Below are positions 52,431-64,000 of a stretch of 64,000 nt of DNA, in pieces. How positions within the stretch are numbered: position 1 is the stretch's first letter; every line of letters starts with the position of its first letter. The position numbers were made by a program, and so were the translations under genes. The DNA comes from Antedon mediterranea. Lineage: Eukaryota; Animalia; Echinodermata. A model generated the notes under the pieces. The model was given only the letters and a program-made list of their open reading frames with translations. It searched no databases and was not told the origin of the DNA. The stretch is taken from contig NC_092670.1 of the NCBI RefSeq assembly GCF_964355755.1, positions 14,990,795 through 15,054,794 on the forward strand. The letters are read 5' to 3'.

Positions 52431-55400
52431 CTATGCATGAGATACATCTGTATGATTGGTAATCACCATGGCACTTGGTACCTTGGAATTTGTTGCTGGT
52501 GCCTCGATATTTACTGGAGCCTGGGCATTTGCATGTTCTTGGTCAACAGCATCATCTTTAGTAATGTTGTATTTATCTTCTGGCGGAGTTGTCTTCTTGA
52601 AAATTGTTGACTTCACCTAAAAGTGACATAAACAATGTTATATTGATATGTGGAAGTTATTACACATAATTTTGCAACTAATTTTTCATTCTAAGCAGTC
52701 TTTTTAAACATTGAATGAATAAATTATATTGTTTCTATTCAACAAAATCACATCAGAATATAATTATTAACTACTCATTGAATACAATTTTTAACTACCC
52801 ATTGAATACATTTGTTTTCTACCCATTGAATACAATTGTTAACTACACATCTATATATAAATTTACGTAAGGGCAAAATTCGGTAAATCGTGCCTTACTT
52901 CTATAATGTTTACTCGATGATATATAAAGTTGGTTCGTACTTTCGGTACTGATTTTAACCACCTGATGTAACCCTTTTTACTAATTAAATTGAGTCAGAT
53001 AATTAGTTATTGACAATTAAAACGAATTTAGGTTCAACGATTTGCCCCAAATAGGGATGTTTTCCGATCGTGGTATACACTGTCTAATACATGTCCATTG
53101 TGAAAAATACCCGCATACAATAATACGAGGATGCTTCGCATTTTCCTATCTCCTCCTAAGATAACTGTTTTTAATGACTGAAAACCGGTTGAACAGCTCG
53201 AGTACAGCATCATAATGTTGAAGACAGGCCGATTTTCTTTAAAAAATACTATTTTGATAGATTTAATATACGTGCGAGCGAAGCGAGCGTACCATCTAGT
53301 TAAATACAATTGTTAAAAGGCAACTTGACTGAGGACATATTTTTACAACGTATTAGGAATGTACATATGATTTCAGAACCATCGTGAAATGATATCGCCG
53401 AACACACTCGCTGTACAGCCGTCGCCGTAAATTTCTGTGACGTCACAGGTGCATCGCAAAATCTACTTTATGAGTCCAGATAAGCAAAAAAAAAAAACAA
53501 TTAAAAAACTCAACATTTATATTTTTTACGATTTATTTACAAAGTGAGTTGTACTAGAAATGTTCACGATTTGCTAGACTTTGCCAGAAAACTCATTACG
53601 TAAATTTTCCAATGCACCTGTGACGTCACAGCAATTTTACGGTGATGGCTGTACGGCAAGCGCGTGCGGCGATATACTTAATTTCGCGATGGTTCTGAAT
53701 TCATATCCCTAATTAATACATTATATTAAAATATGGTCCTCGGTCAAGTTGTCCTTTAACTACACATTTATTACAATTGTTAACTGCACATTGAATACAA
53801 TATTGTTAACTACACATTGTTTACTGGTGGCTTTATTTTATGTGAACCAGTTGGGGTGAAATTTTAAATGTTAACCAATATGGACACATAATATTTTGTT
53901 TAAACGTTGAATGTGCATGAGAGGCCAGTTGAATCAAATGGTAAGATAAAAAGTTAGTTCAAGTTAACTAGCTATTTAGGATTTCAGCAGGACCTACAAT
54001 AGTAACATAAAGTGTTGAACGTCCTATTTTGTGGATTGAAATTTTCAAAATTGAGAGTGGGAGAGGGCTTGGATACTTAATAAGATCCTCCTATGGTCAT
54101 AATATTAAGAATGACTAGATAGATTCTGCAATAAAAATAATACCTCTGATAATGCACGGCCAGCAGTTGTAAGTGGGCATCGACTTGCAATAACAAGTAA
54201 TCCAATCACACCTATGGTGATTACCAATAGTATAACAACTACCACAATCACTGTAGTGTTACTGGAGCTGCCCTCACCAGGGCATTCACTGATACCTTTA
54301 ACCCCAACCTGAAAAATAAATATGTTATTATTGTGTTCCACATTTCCATTATATTATTGTTTATTTCATTTTTTGCATCTGACAATTATTTTAATAACTA
54401 CCGTAAAACCATGAAAAGAAGCCCATCTTTAAAAGAAGCCCATCTTGAAAAGAGGCCCTCTCTTCAGTTAGCAAAAGAAATCTTGAAAAGAAGGCCATTG
54501 CAAAATGAAGTCCTTCTCAAAAAGAAGCCCCCTCTTCAGTTTGCAAAAAAAAATCTTGAAATGAAGGACATCTCATAAAGAAGTCCAACACAAAAAGAAG
54601 TCCATCACGAAAAGAAGCACATTTCAAAAAGCAGCCCACCCAAAAAAATGGACTTCTTTTCAAGGATAATAAGTAGAGAAACAAAATCAAATACGCTATA
54701 CAGATGATTTAGTATATTAAAACAAATTAGTAGTTGGTTTTATCAAAGAATATAAATAGGTAAAGAATCAACAGTACACGCTGTTATACATAGAAGGATA
54801 GGAAACGCGGACGCTTATTCATGGACGCGTAAGAATCCAGCAGCCGAACGACGGCGGGCTCTAGATATGGTTCCCGTCTAATCCCACGTTTGGATGGACC
54901 GTGATGATCTGATGTTCTCGCGTCTGTGCTCAACTAATTTTGATATTATTAATATTTTAGATAATCATTTTGATAAATAATCATCGTTTGCATTTTTATA
55001 GATATTTACAGTAAAAGTTTTACATTACCCACGAAGGTGGCGCACTTCTTCTAGCGAAAAAGAAGTGCGCCACCTTCAGGCGTAGGCAAATAGTAACCCG
55101 GATGTGGTTTACACCGCCAACGGAACTGTTGTATCTTCTCCTTTTTATTATCTTTGGTTATATATACAGTACTTACTGTATCACACTGCCCTTCAGACCA
55201 ATCTTGTCGATTTCTGTCAAAACCACTTGAGCATAGGTTTAAACTTGGGCACCATTTACAGTCAAAGGATGAGTCAACATTGCCACTGAAACATTTACTG
55301 CAACTCTTTTGTTGAGTGCATGCTGTGACGAAAAGAAGAAGCACTCACTTACTATGGCTGGCAAGGGCTAGCCACTGTTTGAATCATCAACAGATCAATT

Positions 55401-58400
55401 TTAATCTTTATTTTAACAAACTTAAAAATAGTAAGATACTTTAGCAATCAATTAATACTGTGACTTTATTATCAACGATAAGTAAATATAATTATGTAGA
55501 TTGAATTTATAAAAGAATATTGCAATAACAATTAAATAATTTCAAAATTATAGCTTACTTGGTAATGGTGTTAGAATGAATGCACTTGAACTCATCACTA
55601 ACGTGTCGTTTAATTCCAGGGTATCATAGCGGTATATTGTTCTCTTGTAAAATGATGAGCCTGGTGTAACAAAGTTACATAATAACAACAATTAAATAGA
55701 TTCTTGTATGTTTTGTGAACATAGAAATTTACCAGTGAAAATAAGTCTTCTTTCATTTCAATCACGTTGAGATAAATACGAATTCCACACTAATTAAATG
55801 TTATTCAACATTCTCTCTAATTAGATCTGAGTCTGGGTGTAAATTGTACTTTAGGCTTCGTTATTCTGTGGCTTCATCTAATCAATGTCAATGTTCTTTG
55901 TTCTACAACAATTATACAATCACCAATGGAAATGATATAACCTCCTTCTCAAATTGTTGAGACATTACTTAGAGTAAGTTTCTGTAGTAATTGTAGAAGC
56001 AACAGAAGCCCTATATTTCCAGTACATTAATCAGACTTAATTATCATTTATGAGTATACTTTGTCAGTAATACTTTTTTTCCAACTAACCAAAATTCAAA
56101 TCAATCAAAATATACACAAATTAAGAAAGAGTCTTGCAATGCAACATGTAACATTCTTTATTTTGTGTCAAACAGTTTCTAATCTTCTTCTAATATTCAA
56201 TGTCACAACTCTTCATGGTTTTTTAAAAACTGTTTAAACACATCAAATTATATTATCCTCCATGATTGGATTGAATAACAATCACAAATTTTTTCTCTGT
56301 ATGGTATTGTTATCATTCACAATATATTAGCAACAATAACTAATGAAATATGTAGTATACCTTCAGATAGTGGCTCATCATAGTAAAACGCATCTGATAG
56401 ACCGACAGTCACCTTATGTCCATTTCCACCACCGATTTCACTAGGAGCCAATGGAATCTATTTATAAACAATAATCATGCTACAATGTTAGGATTTATGC
56501 TATTATAGTAGTTATGCATTTGAACTGGTGAAAACAATTGGAAACAAGAAATCGCTATCACACATCTTAAGCTCTGTCTACACTATCAAACTAGTTTGGC
56601 AAAAAACTGTGATGTGCCCAAATATAGTAGTGATGTGACATCATCATGTCTATATATGGGCACATCACATTTTTTGTCACATAAAATTTGATAGTGTACA
56701 GAGCTTTACACATCATTTGATAAAAATGTATTTATTTCAGAGATTATTGAAATTAAGGTTACTGTTTTTTAAATGATATTTTAAACGGGGTTCTTGAACC
56801 TGGAACTGAAAGAAACTCAACGGAAATGAACTTATTAAAGGCACTTTTGAGCAACTGAATGAAACTGAAATCAATGATAATGTTGACATAAGCACTGTAG
56901 TTATTCATAGCGAGAGTCTCCAGTTAGCAACATGTGATCAGGGCTGTGGTGTGCTCTTATAATTTTATATGGTTAAAGATGTATTGTCCCACAAACCATT
57001 AAAATTGAAATAAAAAAAAGACTTTGAATAGCCATTTTGCAGTTTTAGTCAAGTTAATTACTTCCGTAGAAAAAAAAATTTAAAAAACAGTAGACAAATA
57101 ATAACAGTAGACAAAAAAAAAATTCATTTATTTCAAGTAAATTTGAACATTTTTTACTTTAAATTACACTTTTTTCAGGTAAAAAAACCAAATTTGTTTT
57201 TTCGATCCAATTTTTGGTTAAAGCAAATAACTAATTTAATAAAATTTAAAATAAAAATATTTTTTCAGGGAGAAAATATATCTTTAAACAATGTGTTTTC
57301 AATTGTATTTTAAATATGTACAACTGAAAAGATAAAAAACCTGTTATGTTAAGTTGCTTGGAATATTCTTTTCATGAAAAATACAAGCAAAATATAATAT
57401 GGCAATTTCAAATCTCCATCAAATCTATCTCATCTTATCTTCAGGGTACAAAACAAAATCAATCCGAGCAGACTTCAACCAGTACAATATGTCACTGGTA
57501 TTACTATCAACAAAATCAGAAACCTAGCCTACTTACGTTTTTGTACGCAAATATAATACGTCCATCGTTCATAAGAGTGGTTTGAAATGTGAAGCTTCCC
57601 GCTGAAGCGGCGGCAGGCAATTAACAGCAGAAAGAAATGGTTAGTTGACATGACAAGCAAGCACAAAATGAAAAATGACAAATTATATTAATAAAACAAA
57701 ACATTTGTTACAGGATGAGATTTTGCTTTTGACTATGAATTGATTGCCTGAAATAAATAAAATTAAATTTCGTCTTTTCGTACATGAAAATGTTGAATTC
57801 TTATATTTTAATTTTCATTGATCACAGTCACCTTTGTAACCTTGGAAAACCATTCTGGATATAGACTTGCATCATTCTCTCTATTCACAATCATATAGTA
57901 CAGAAGGGGTAATCTCACTCTTCCCTCTTTACACATATCTTCTGCACTTTTTTTGGTAAAATAAATGTTGCCTTTACTACAGCACTGTTTTTAAAATCCT
58001 TTTTGTTAAAAGAATGTTTTAAAACCAAATCCAATATTTACTTTGATCATGACTGTTTTGTGTTTTTTTTAATGTTGAATATGAAAAAGGTGAACAATTA
58101 TTTGAATGCATGTACAGTACAACAAATGTTGAATGTAAACACAAAATGTAGTTAATTCATGCAATTATTATTAAACATTTACACATTTAATAACATTTAA
58201 AAAAGGTCATGCAATGAAATCATTTTCTAATTTCTCTTTTTGTCTATATTTTATATCTATCTCTATTGTATGATACAGTACAGTACAACATTACTTTAAT
58301 TCTAATTTATATCTTTTACTAGCAAAGGTTAATAAAGACCACCAGAAACTATACAAATCCATTTCAAGAGCTTATAAGTTCTTGCTTAAAATAATCTATA

Positions 58401-61400
58401 TTCAAGACTATTTTAGAGCCTACAGTAGTACAATTACATCTTCTAAAATACAAGTATACTGTGCTGTATGTTGGAGATTCTTCTACTGGTGTCGTAGTGT
58501 TCTAAAAATTCTAAACCTGGAAATCACTTTTAATGTGTGCTAATTCCAAAGAAATAAAGTGTTACCCATCTTAAATAGGAATACAAGTAACTTACTCACA
58601 TGGTTTAGTCCATGCAATAAACATTCAATTAAAAACTAACAATACAGAATATACTTTCAACATGTAACATGCAAAAGATATGTATTAGAATGGTTCAACG
58701 GAATACACCATGCTTATATTTATGAAAATATTTTCAAATTAAAATTACTATTGCTTACCATCCTCTAGGTGGTTAATATGGACCTTTGACCATTCCACAG
58801 TGAAAGCCGTTCCTGAAAGAAGAGTTGGCACAATAATAACTCTTAACTTAATTAATTAAGATGGTTTTATTTGACTAAATTCTGTTGCTGAAAAGGTTGA
58901 AGAGGTTGGCGATGATGTATGATGGTGAAAATGCGAAGTATCCTCGTATTATTGTGTGCAGGTATTTTTCAAGATGGACATCCATTAGACAGTGTATACC
59001 ACGATCGGAAAACACATCATTTTGGGGCAAATAATTGAACCTAAATTCGTTTTAATCGTCAATAACTAATTATCTAAACTCAATTTAATTAGTAAACATG
59101 GTTACATCAGGTGGTTAAAATCTGTACCGAAAGTATGAACCAACTTTATATACGATTTACCGATTTGCCCTTACGTAAATTTATATGAAGGTGATGATGA
59201 TGATATTAATATTATTAAAATGTAAAAACTTACCGTTATTGCCATATTTTATTGTTGAACTATCATTGAGACTGGGATCAAAGCTGCCCATTAGTGGAGC
59301 TATGTACTGAGTAGCTGATAAATACTCATGAAAAAATGAACCCAAATAAAGGAAACCTATAAAACAATACAAAAATATCTATGTGACATCATCCAAGTAA
59401 TATGCAAGAAGCAGAAATACATGTATTCGTATGTTTCATACAGCAAGAGAGGGTACAGCCAATGTATTTATGTTATGTAAATAAAGGCTAGAAAAATCAA
59501 ATCTATTTAATTTTGAATACTGTATTAAGGACTAACGAAACAATGGTTGCATATTATTGGATCAGATTATAGCTGATAATAGTTTCACTTTAATAACCAT
59601 CTTTAGAATTATGTTTAAATATCATATGGAAATTAACCATAAAAAATTACTATTGACGCTGACTTGGTATTCAAACAAATTGTATATTGACAATAATTAC
59701 AGTGAAAATGATAAGATACATACATTTACATACAACCTGTCCTATTGGTATAATAGTAATCTAGGCGTTGTTTTCTATTCTGATGATGAGAATAGTTTCT
59801 CAAAACATGTCACATTTTAAGGCAGTTTGCCTATTCATTAAATGCCTCACTATCGTTATTTTAACTCATAAGAATATTAAAAGTAACTTTATACTATACC
59901 TCCTGTAGCTAACAAAACACTATCAACTTCATGTCCATAGAATAGGAAAGTAAACGGTAATCTTATTTTCTAAAAGAAGATGTAAATTATTTCTATTAAA
60001 ATTACTATATTTTCTTCACAGATACAATTGGTCACAATTGTGAGTGTGAGATTGGGTGAGATTTAAAGACTTTTACTATTTGGACCTAGGCTCTGAAACT
60101 GTTTAACATTAGACAATGACTCGTCATAATTTGACATTTTCAAGTCATTGCTAAAAAACAAAATGATCATGGAATGGCACTTTTATTGTACGATTGATTG
60201 ATTGGACTTTATTTATCCAAATGTTTATGGAGGCAAGGAATGAGAAAATTTGCAATATCCTTTTGTAGTTGGACCAAACATGGAGGAAACCAAATAGACA
60301 TTACAAAATACTTCAACAAACAAAAGTCTGGTGGCATAGGAAGCAGTACAATTCAATAAGGAGGAAAATGAATGCTTTAATCAGCAACCACTTCAGTTAA
60401 TAATAATAATCATTTCTTTTGTGTTACTGTTTGTTTGGTATCCTAAAAAGGTTATGCTCACATAAAAAGCTGAGTGAAAGGTCAAACATATAAAAATGGT
60501 ACTTTTTATTTTATTGGTAGCAAAAAAAAGATTTACTTTTATAATTTATTGACAAACTTTTGTGAGGAATACAGTATATTTCATATAGAGTATTTTATCT
60601 TATCATAGTCCATGGTTTTATACAAAATATACCAATACAGTATAGACTTACTGTATTAACAAAAATACTAAATATTATTTAAATACGGTATTCATTTGGC
60701 AACAGAATCAACAAAACTAGACTATAATATTACTAAATTATCTACGGGTATAGCTACAAAAATCTTTAAAACCAGAGAGTTTAAAGATTTCTGAAAATCA
60801 ATCTTTAATAAAGGTTCTACAGGTATTTAATACATTGCACAAACAATTAAAAAGCAGAGTTTTAAAAATTCAAGAAATTTTGTGGGTCAGCCAAAAGTTT
60901 CTGATTTTTAGAAAGTTCTTTCAAAGGTGTAACATTGATTTGTCATCTATGATGATGACAAAACAAAAACCATCCAGCCATAAAACAAGCCTGTGCCAAG
61001 TACACTGTAATGTACACAATAATGGTTAAATAGTAATTTGTATCCTTATGACTCAGTATAGATTAAAGAATATTGTAGTCATTATTGGAAAGAACACTTT
61101 ACAATAAATATAGTATAATTAACTTAAGTGTATTTCAAGGTCACAGAAAATTTCATCTGAAGTATTTAATATCATAATGTGATAGAAAAATAGTAGGCCT
61201 TACTATACCATACAGATTTCTTTAAAAATATTCAAAAATAATATAGAATTTAAATTATATTACTATACAAAATGAAAGGTAATTTCATGTTTTACTTTAA
61301 GTTGCTTCAAAGTGTAGAAACTATGAATGAAAAGATTCAGAAAGGAGAGGAAGAGTAATATTTGAATGAAGTACTGTAGGTTGTTGTAAGGGTTAAAAAA

Positions 61401-62366
61401 GTGATAAAGGAAGACTGGAAAATTTATTCTATGGAGTTCATTTACGACATTGATAAAATGTAATTATTTTCTTATGGAGACAGTGATATGTGCAATCAAA
61501 ATGCTTGGTAAATTGTGGATCATGTCAATCATAAATTCTATTACAAATAGAAATGTGTTGTATATAATACATTGATACTGCAATCAATCTTAGATCAAAT
61601 GACAAAGAAAATAAGGTTGAAAAATGAATGAATAAAAACTATTAAAGTTATATATTATTCAATATAAACCGATGTAAAAAAAGAATAATAAATAAAAAGA
61701 CTCACGTCTGCTGTTAAGAAAGTGTTTGACAATTGGCTATGAGGTATAAATCGGTTCACAGGGTCTTTATCTACATCAACATATAAATCTTGGCCGTTTG
61801 AGTAGTAAGTGGAGTTGTAATACATATGCTGATCTTCCTACAAAAAGAAATTATTAAATTTATAAAAGATACTACAGGTATTTTATAGATTTTGTCATTT
61901 ACTCAAATTTAACCAATTCCTGGCTGAAAGTTTTTTTCTAATTTTTATTAATCAAAAGGCAAATTACTGAAGAAATGACAAAAACATATACATTATTGTA
62001 GGACAAATTCATATTTTTTGAAACGGTAATTTTTTTATTGTCATATTTTGTCTGGTTAAATATCGAAAAACTAAAGATGATGATCAATCATTATTGTGAA
62101 CATTCGTATTGCAATTATTTTTTTACAATCTCTTTTAATTAACTCAGAATAAAAGGTAGATATTATTAAGCTGAAAATGTAGATAACTGGCTAAACATTG
62201 AAACTGACCTTAATATATCCAACATCAGTTGGTTCATCAGCCGGGTCTGGTTTATCCTGTCGTTTTTTTCTCAATGACCTTGTGGTGGTTGCGTCATCGC
62301 TCACCTCAACTTGCCGAAGAAAAGAATCAGCTTTCTCTTTCGTGATTTGCGAGTATTTAGATGATG
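52431..62366 (-). CDS. PLXDC2: Plexin domain-containing protein (PLXDC1/2-like); signal-peptide exon outside the window
   Basis: Eleven in-phase exons: 62366-62209, 61837-61706, 59969-59900, 59356-59234, 58812-58759, 57601-57537, 56457-56361, 55660-55559, 55322-55177, 54308-54144, 52616-52431. Motifs EDQHMYYNS, LPFTFLFYGH..ATGGFLYLG, ATQYIAPLMGSFD, FTFQTTL..DGRIIFAYK, VGLSDAF, PSI domain (C..C..C..C.WC..CSSGFDRNRQDW..C), TM helix, cytoplasmic tail. The symbol is nominal. Confidence 0.92.
52850..53299 (+). mobile_element. Non-autonomous Helitron (450 bp)
   Basis: A|TCTATATATA ... GCGAGCGAAGCGAGCGTACCATCTAG|T; removing it restores the host repeat unit with no TSD. Confidence 0.88.
53313..53759. 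mobile_element. TTAA-flanked Kolobok-like MITE (family C) with long inverted arms
   Basis: About 160-bp imperfect inverted arms, each containing TGTGACGTCACA, bounded by TTAA. Confidence 0.8.
54399..54675. repeat. Degenerate AAAAGAAGCCC repeat array, probable pogo/Tc1-type MITE
   Basis: TA-CCGTAAAACC start, about 10 AAAAGAAG(C/T)CC units, inverted GGACTTCTTTTC at the end. Confidence 0.5.
56569..56709. mobile_element. Harbinger-like MITE family A copy
   Basis: AGCTCTGTCTACACTATCAAA ... TTTGATAGTGTACAGAGCT-TTA. Confidence 0.75.
56973..57287. mobile_element. Kolobok-like MITE family B copy
   Basis: TTAA-AGATGTATTGTCCC ... GGGAGAAAATATATCT-TTAA. Confidence 0.7.
58927..59186 (-). mobile_element. 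Partial Helitron (same family as 30152 and 52850)
   Basis: Aligns by eye to 31265-31555. Confidence 0.8.
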
Positions 62367-62539
62367 CTGAGGAAAAAAACCCCAGCAAAACATTATTACA
62401 TTATATTATGGTTTAGTAGCTTACAGTAAAAAGGCTAAAGTAGGCTAAAATTTAAAATGGTGAAATATGCCTAGTAATGTCTCATGATGGAGATTTATTG
62501 TTCATTCTTTTTATTTTTTATAGAAATACATTACAAATA

Positions 62540-62733
62540 TAGCCTAGGTAGGCCTAGTAGAATACCATAATACTGTACAGGCCTAACCTTGCTAGCTAGG
62601 CCTTATACAGCTAGTAACTAACTCGGCTAGGGCCTAGCTAGCCAGCCTAGCTAGGCCTAGTTACTTAGGCTAGGCCACGCTCTAGGCCTAGCTAGCCCTA
62701 CTCTCGGTACCTAGCTAGGTAGGCCTGGCCCTA
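62540..62733. repeat. TAGGCCTA/CTAG low-complexity tract in PLXDC intron 1
   Basis: Same word composition as 14011-14500. Confidence 0.85.
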
Positions 62734-62735
62734 CT

Positions 62736-62890
62736 GGTGTCAGATGAAATCGGTCGCGCTTGAAATCGGTCGCGTTTGAAATCGGTCGCGATAAAATCAA
62801 CTTCCGGTATTTTGTATGGCGCGCCGCTAGAGCTATACTTTTGATTATATCGGTCGCGTTTGAAATCGGTCGCGTTTGAAATCGGTCGCG
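62736..62890. mobile_element. Left end of a MULE-like element with 16-bp sub-terminal repeats
   Basis: GGTGTCAGA-TGAAATCGGTCGCG with 5-6 repeats; the terminus resembles the GGTGTCTGATCATTTCGG end of the 38226-43624 MITE. Right end not in the window. Confidence 0.6.
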
Positions 62891-64000
62891 CTATTTTGTA
62901 TGGATCGAGCGGGATGCATGCTAGAGCGGGATATACATTTTTCGTTTATATAGATTTAATTGATATTTTTAAGGAACTAGATTATTTATGTGGATATTTG
63001 TTACTTGGTTAATAAATATTTATTATTAATCATTAATTAATTTTTTTTTTTTATTTCACAGGTCTCGGAGAAGGACGGTGTCTTTTCAAAATGGCCATTT
63101 CTAAACACGTTTAAATATTATATTAGGCATAATGTTATATTATGCATATAATAATTTACCTCTATTTATATGTACTGTAATTAATATATTATATAGAGAA
63201 TATACGTTTGTCGTGTCTTTTATTATGCAAACAATTACGTATGGTTTTAGGATATTAATAAAATATATAGATAATATGCCGATGATAGATGTGAGAATAA
63301 TAATGTATGGATAATAAAGGTGGACACAATTCTCAAAGAGGTAATCTGCACTGATATTTAAACGTTTAGATTTACGAACGGCGTATGAATGCGAGACACT
63401 GAGTTGCACTTACTTAATTATTTACATTAAATGATTATTATAAATGAAGAAAAAAATAAAAAATATTCAAATTAAAATCTATAGTATCGCCGACGTATAT
63501 ACGTATAAATCATACTGTCAAATTATAGAAAAAGTGCTTTATTCGGAATTATTATGGATAAGCAAGCCTGTGAGCTACAGCGATTTAATTGCTTTTGCTT
63601 ATCCTTGCCTCCTTACATTTCCACGTGTCTTGATTTGGTTACCTATGTTTTAAATGTATTTCGATTTTAAAGGCTAAATAAACTTAATGAATGAACATGA
63701 TCTCATAATCGCGTCGAGCATCTATAGCTCATCGGATCGTTTCACAAAAACACGTGCAGGAGGCCTATAGACCTTTCAAATGTATGGTTATTAGTAATAG
63801 ACGTCATCTTTACCTCGCCATGGACAACGATCGTACGTGTTTTCTCCATGATTTGACACACTACTAGTGCGTGTTTTTTAAAAAGGGGAATCCCCGTCAG
63901 CAAAATAACGTATTGTTAGAGGAAACAGCTGCACGATCATAGAAGGCGCATCTCCAATATGGCTTATTCGGGGGTTTATTTCAGTAACTCGCCTGTTAAC

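Larger units (their letters stand above)
52760..53820. repeat. About 24-bp degenerate tandem repeat split by two TE insertions
   Basis: AACTAC(A/C)CATTGAATACAATTGTT units on both sides of the Helitron and the Kolobok-like MITE. Confidence 0.7.

Noticed and set aside
54333-54578. Lys-rich repetitive ORF
   Set aside because: Translation of the AAAAGAAGCCC repeat array.
54895-54915. C/D box snoRNA (GTGATGA..CTGA)
   Set aside because: Boxes adjacent, no terminal stem or guide, and antisense to the host gene.
63814-63849. Candidate PLXDC first exon (MEKTRTIVVHGE|gtaaag)
   Set aside because: Phase 0 while the next exon needs phase 1; not a signal peptide; probably inside a transposon.

Overview
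AT-rich animal genomic DNA with spliceosomal GT-AG introns; an invertebrate, possibly echinoderm-like, but the taxon cannot be fixed from sequence. Left to right: (1) the 5' part of a CATIP-like ciliary gene on the minus strand, running off the left edge; (2) a tandem cluster of four 8-exon cytosolic sulfotransferase (SULT1-like) paralogs on the plus strand, of which only copy B is clearly intact (A and D are multi-lesion pseudogenes; C has one exon-3 lesion next to a Helitron); (3) a 9-exon LanC-like gene (LANCL1/2) whose first intron holds a MULE-like MITE that itself holds a young, intact Mag-clade Gypsy LTR retrotransposon; (4) a convergent plexin-domain gene (PLXDC-like) on the minus strand, first exon outside the window. 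Introns and intergenic DNA carry many Harbinger-like and Kolobok-like MITEs, Helitrons, Helentron/DINE-1-like elements (two carrying tRNA-derived sequence) and LINE/SINE fragments. The most unusual signals are: TA-to-TA(x)TA micro-insertions visible by paralog and TSD comparison, which resemble transposon excision footprints and pile up into TAGGCCTA tracts near gene 5' ends; a minisatellite made from the last bases copied at a LINE 5' truncation point; and Helentron-like elements carrying tRNA cargo. All calls come from manual reading and remembered family motifs; no searches were run.
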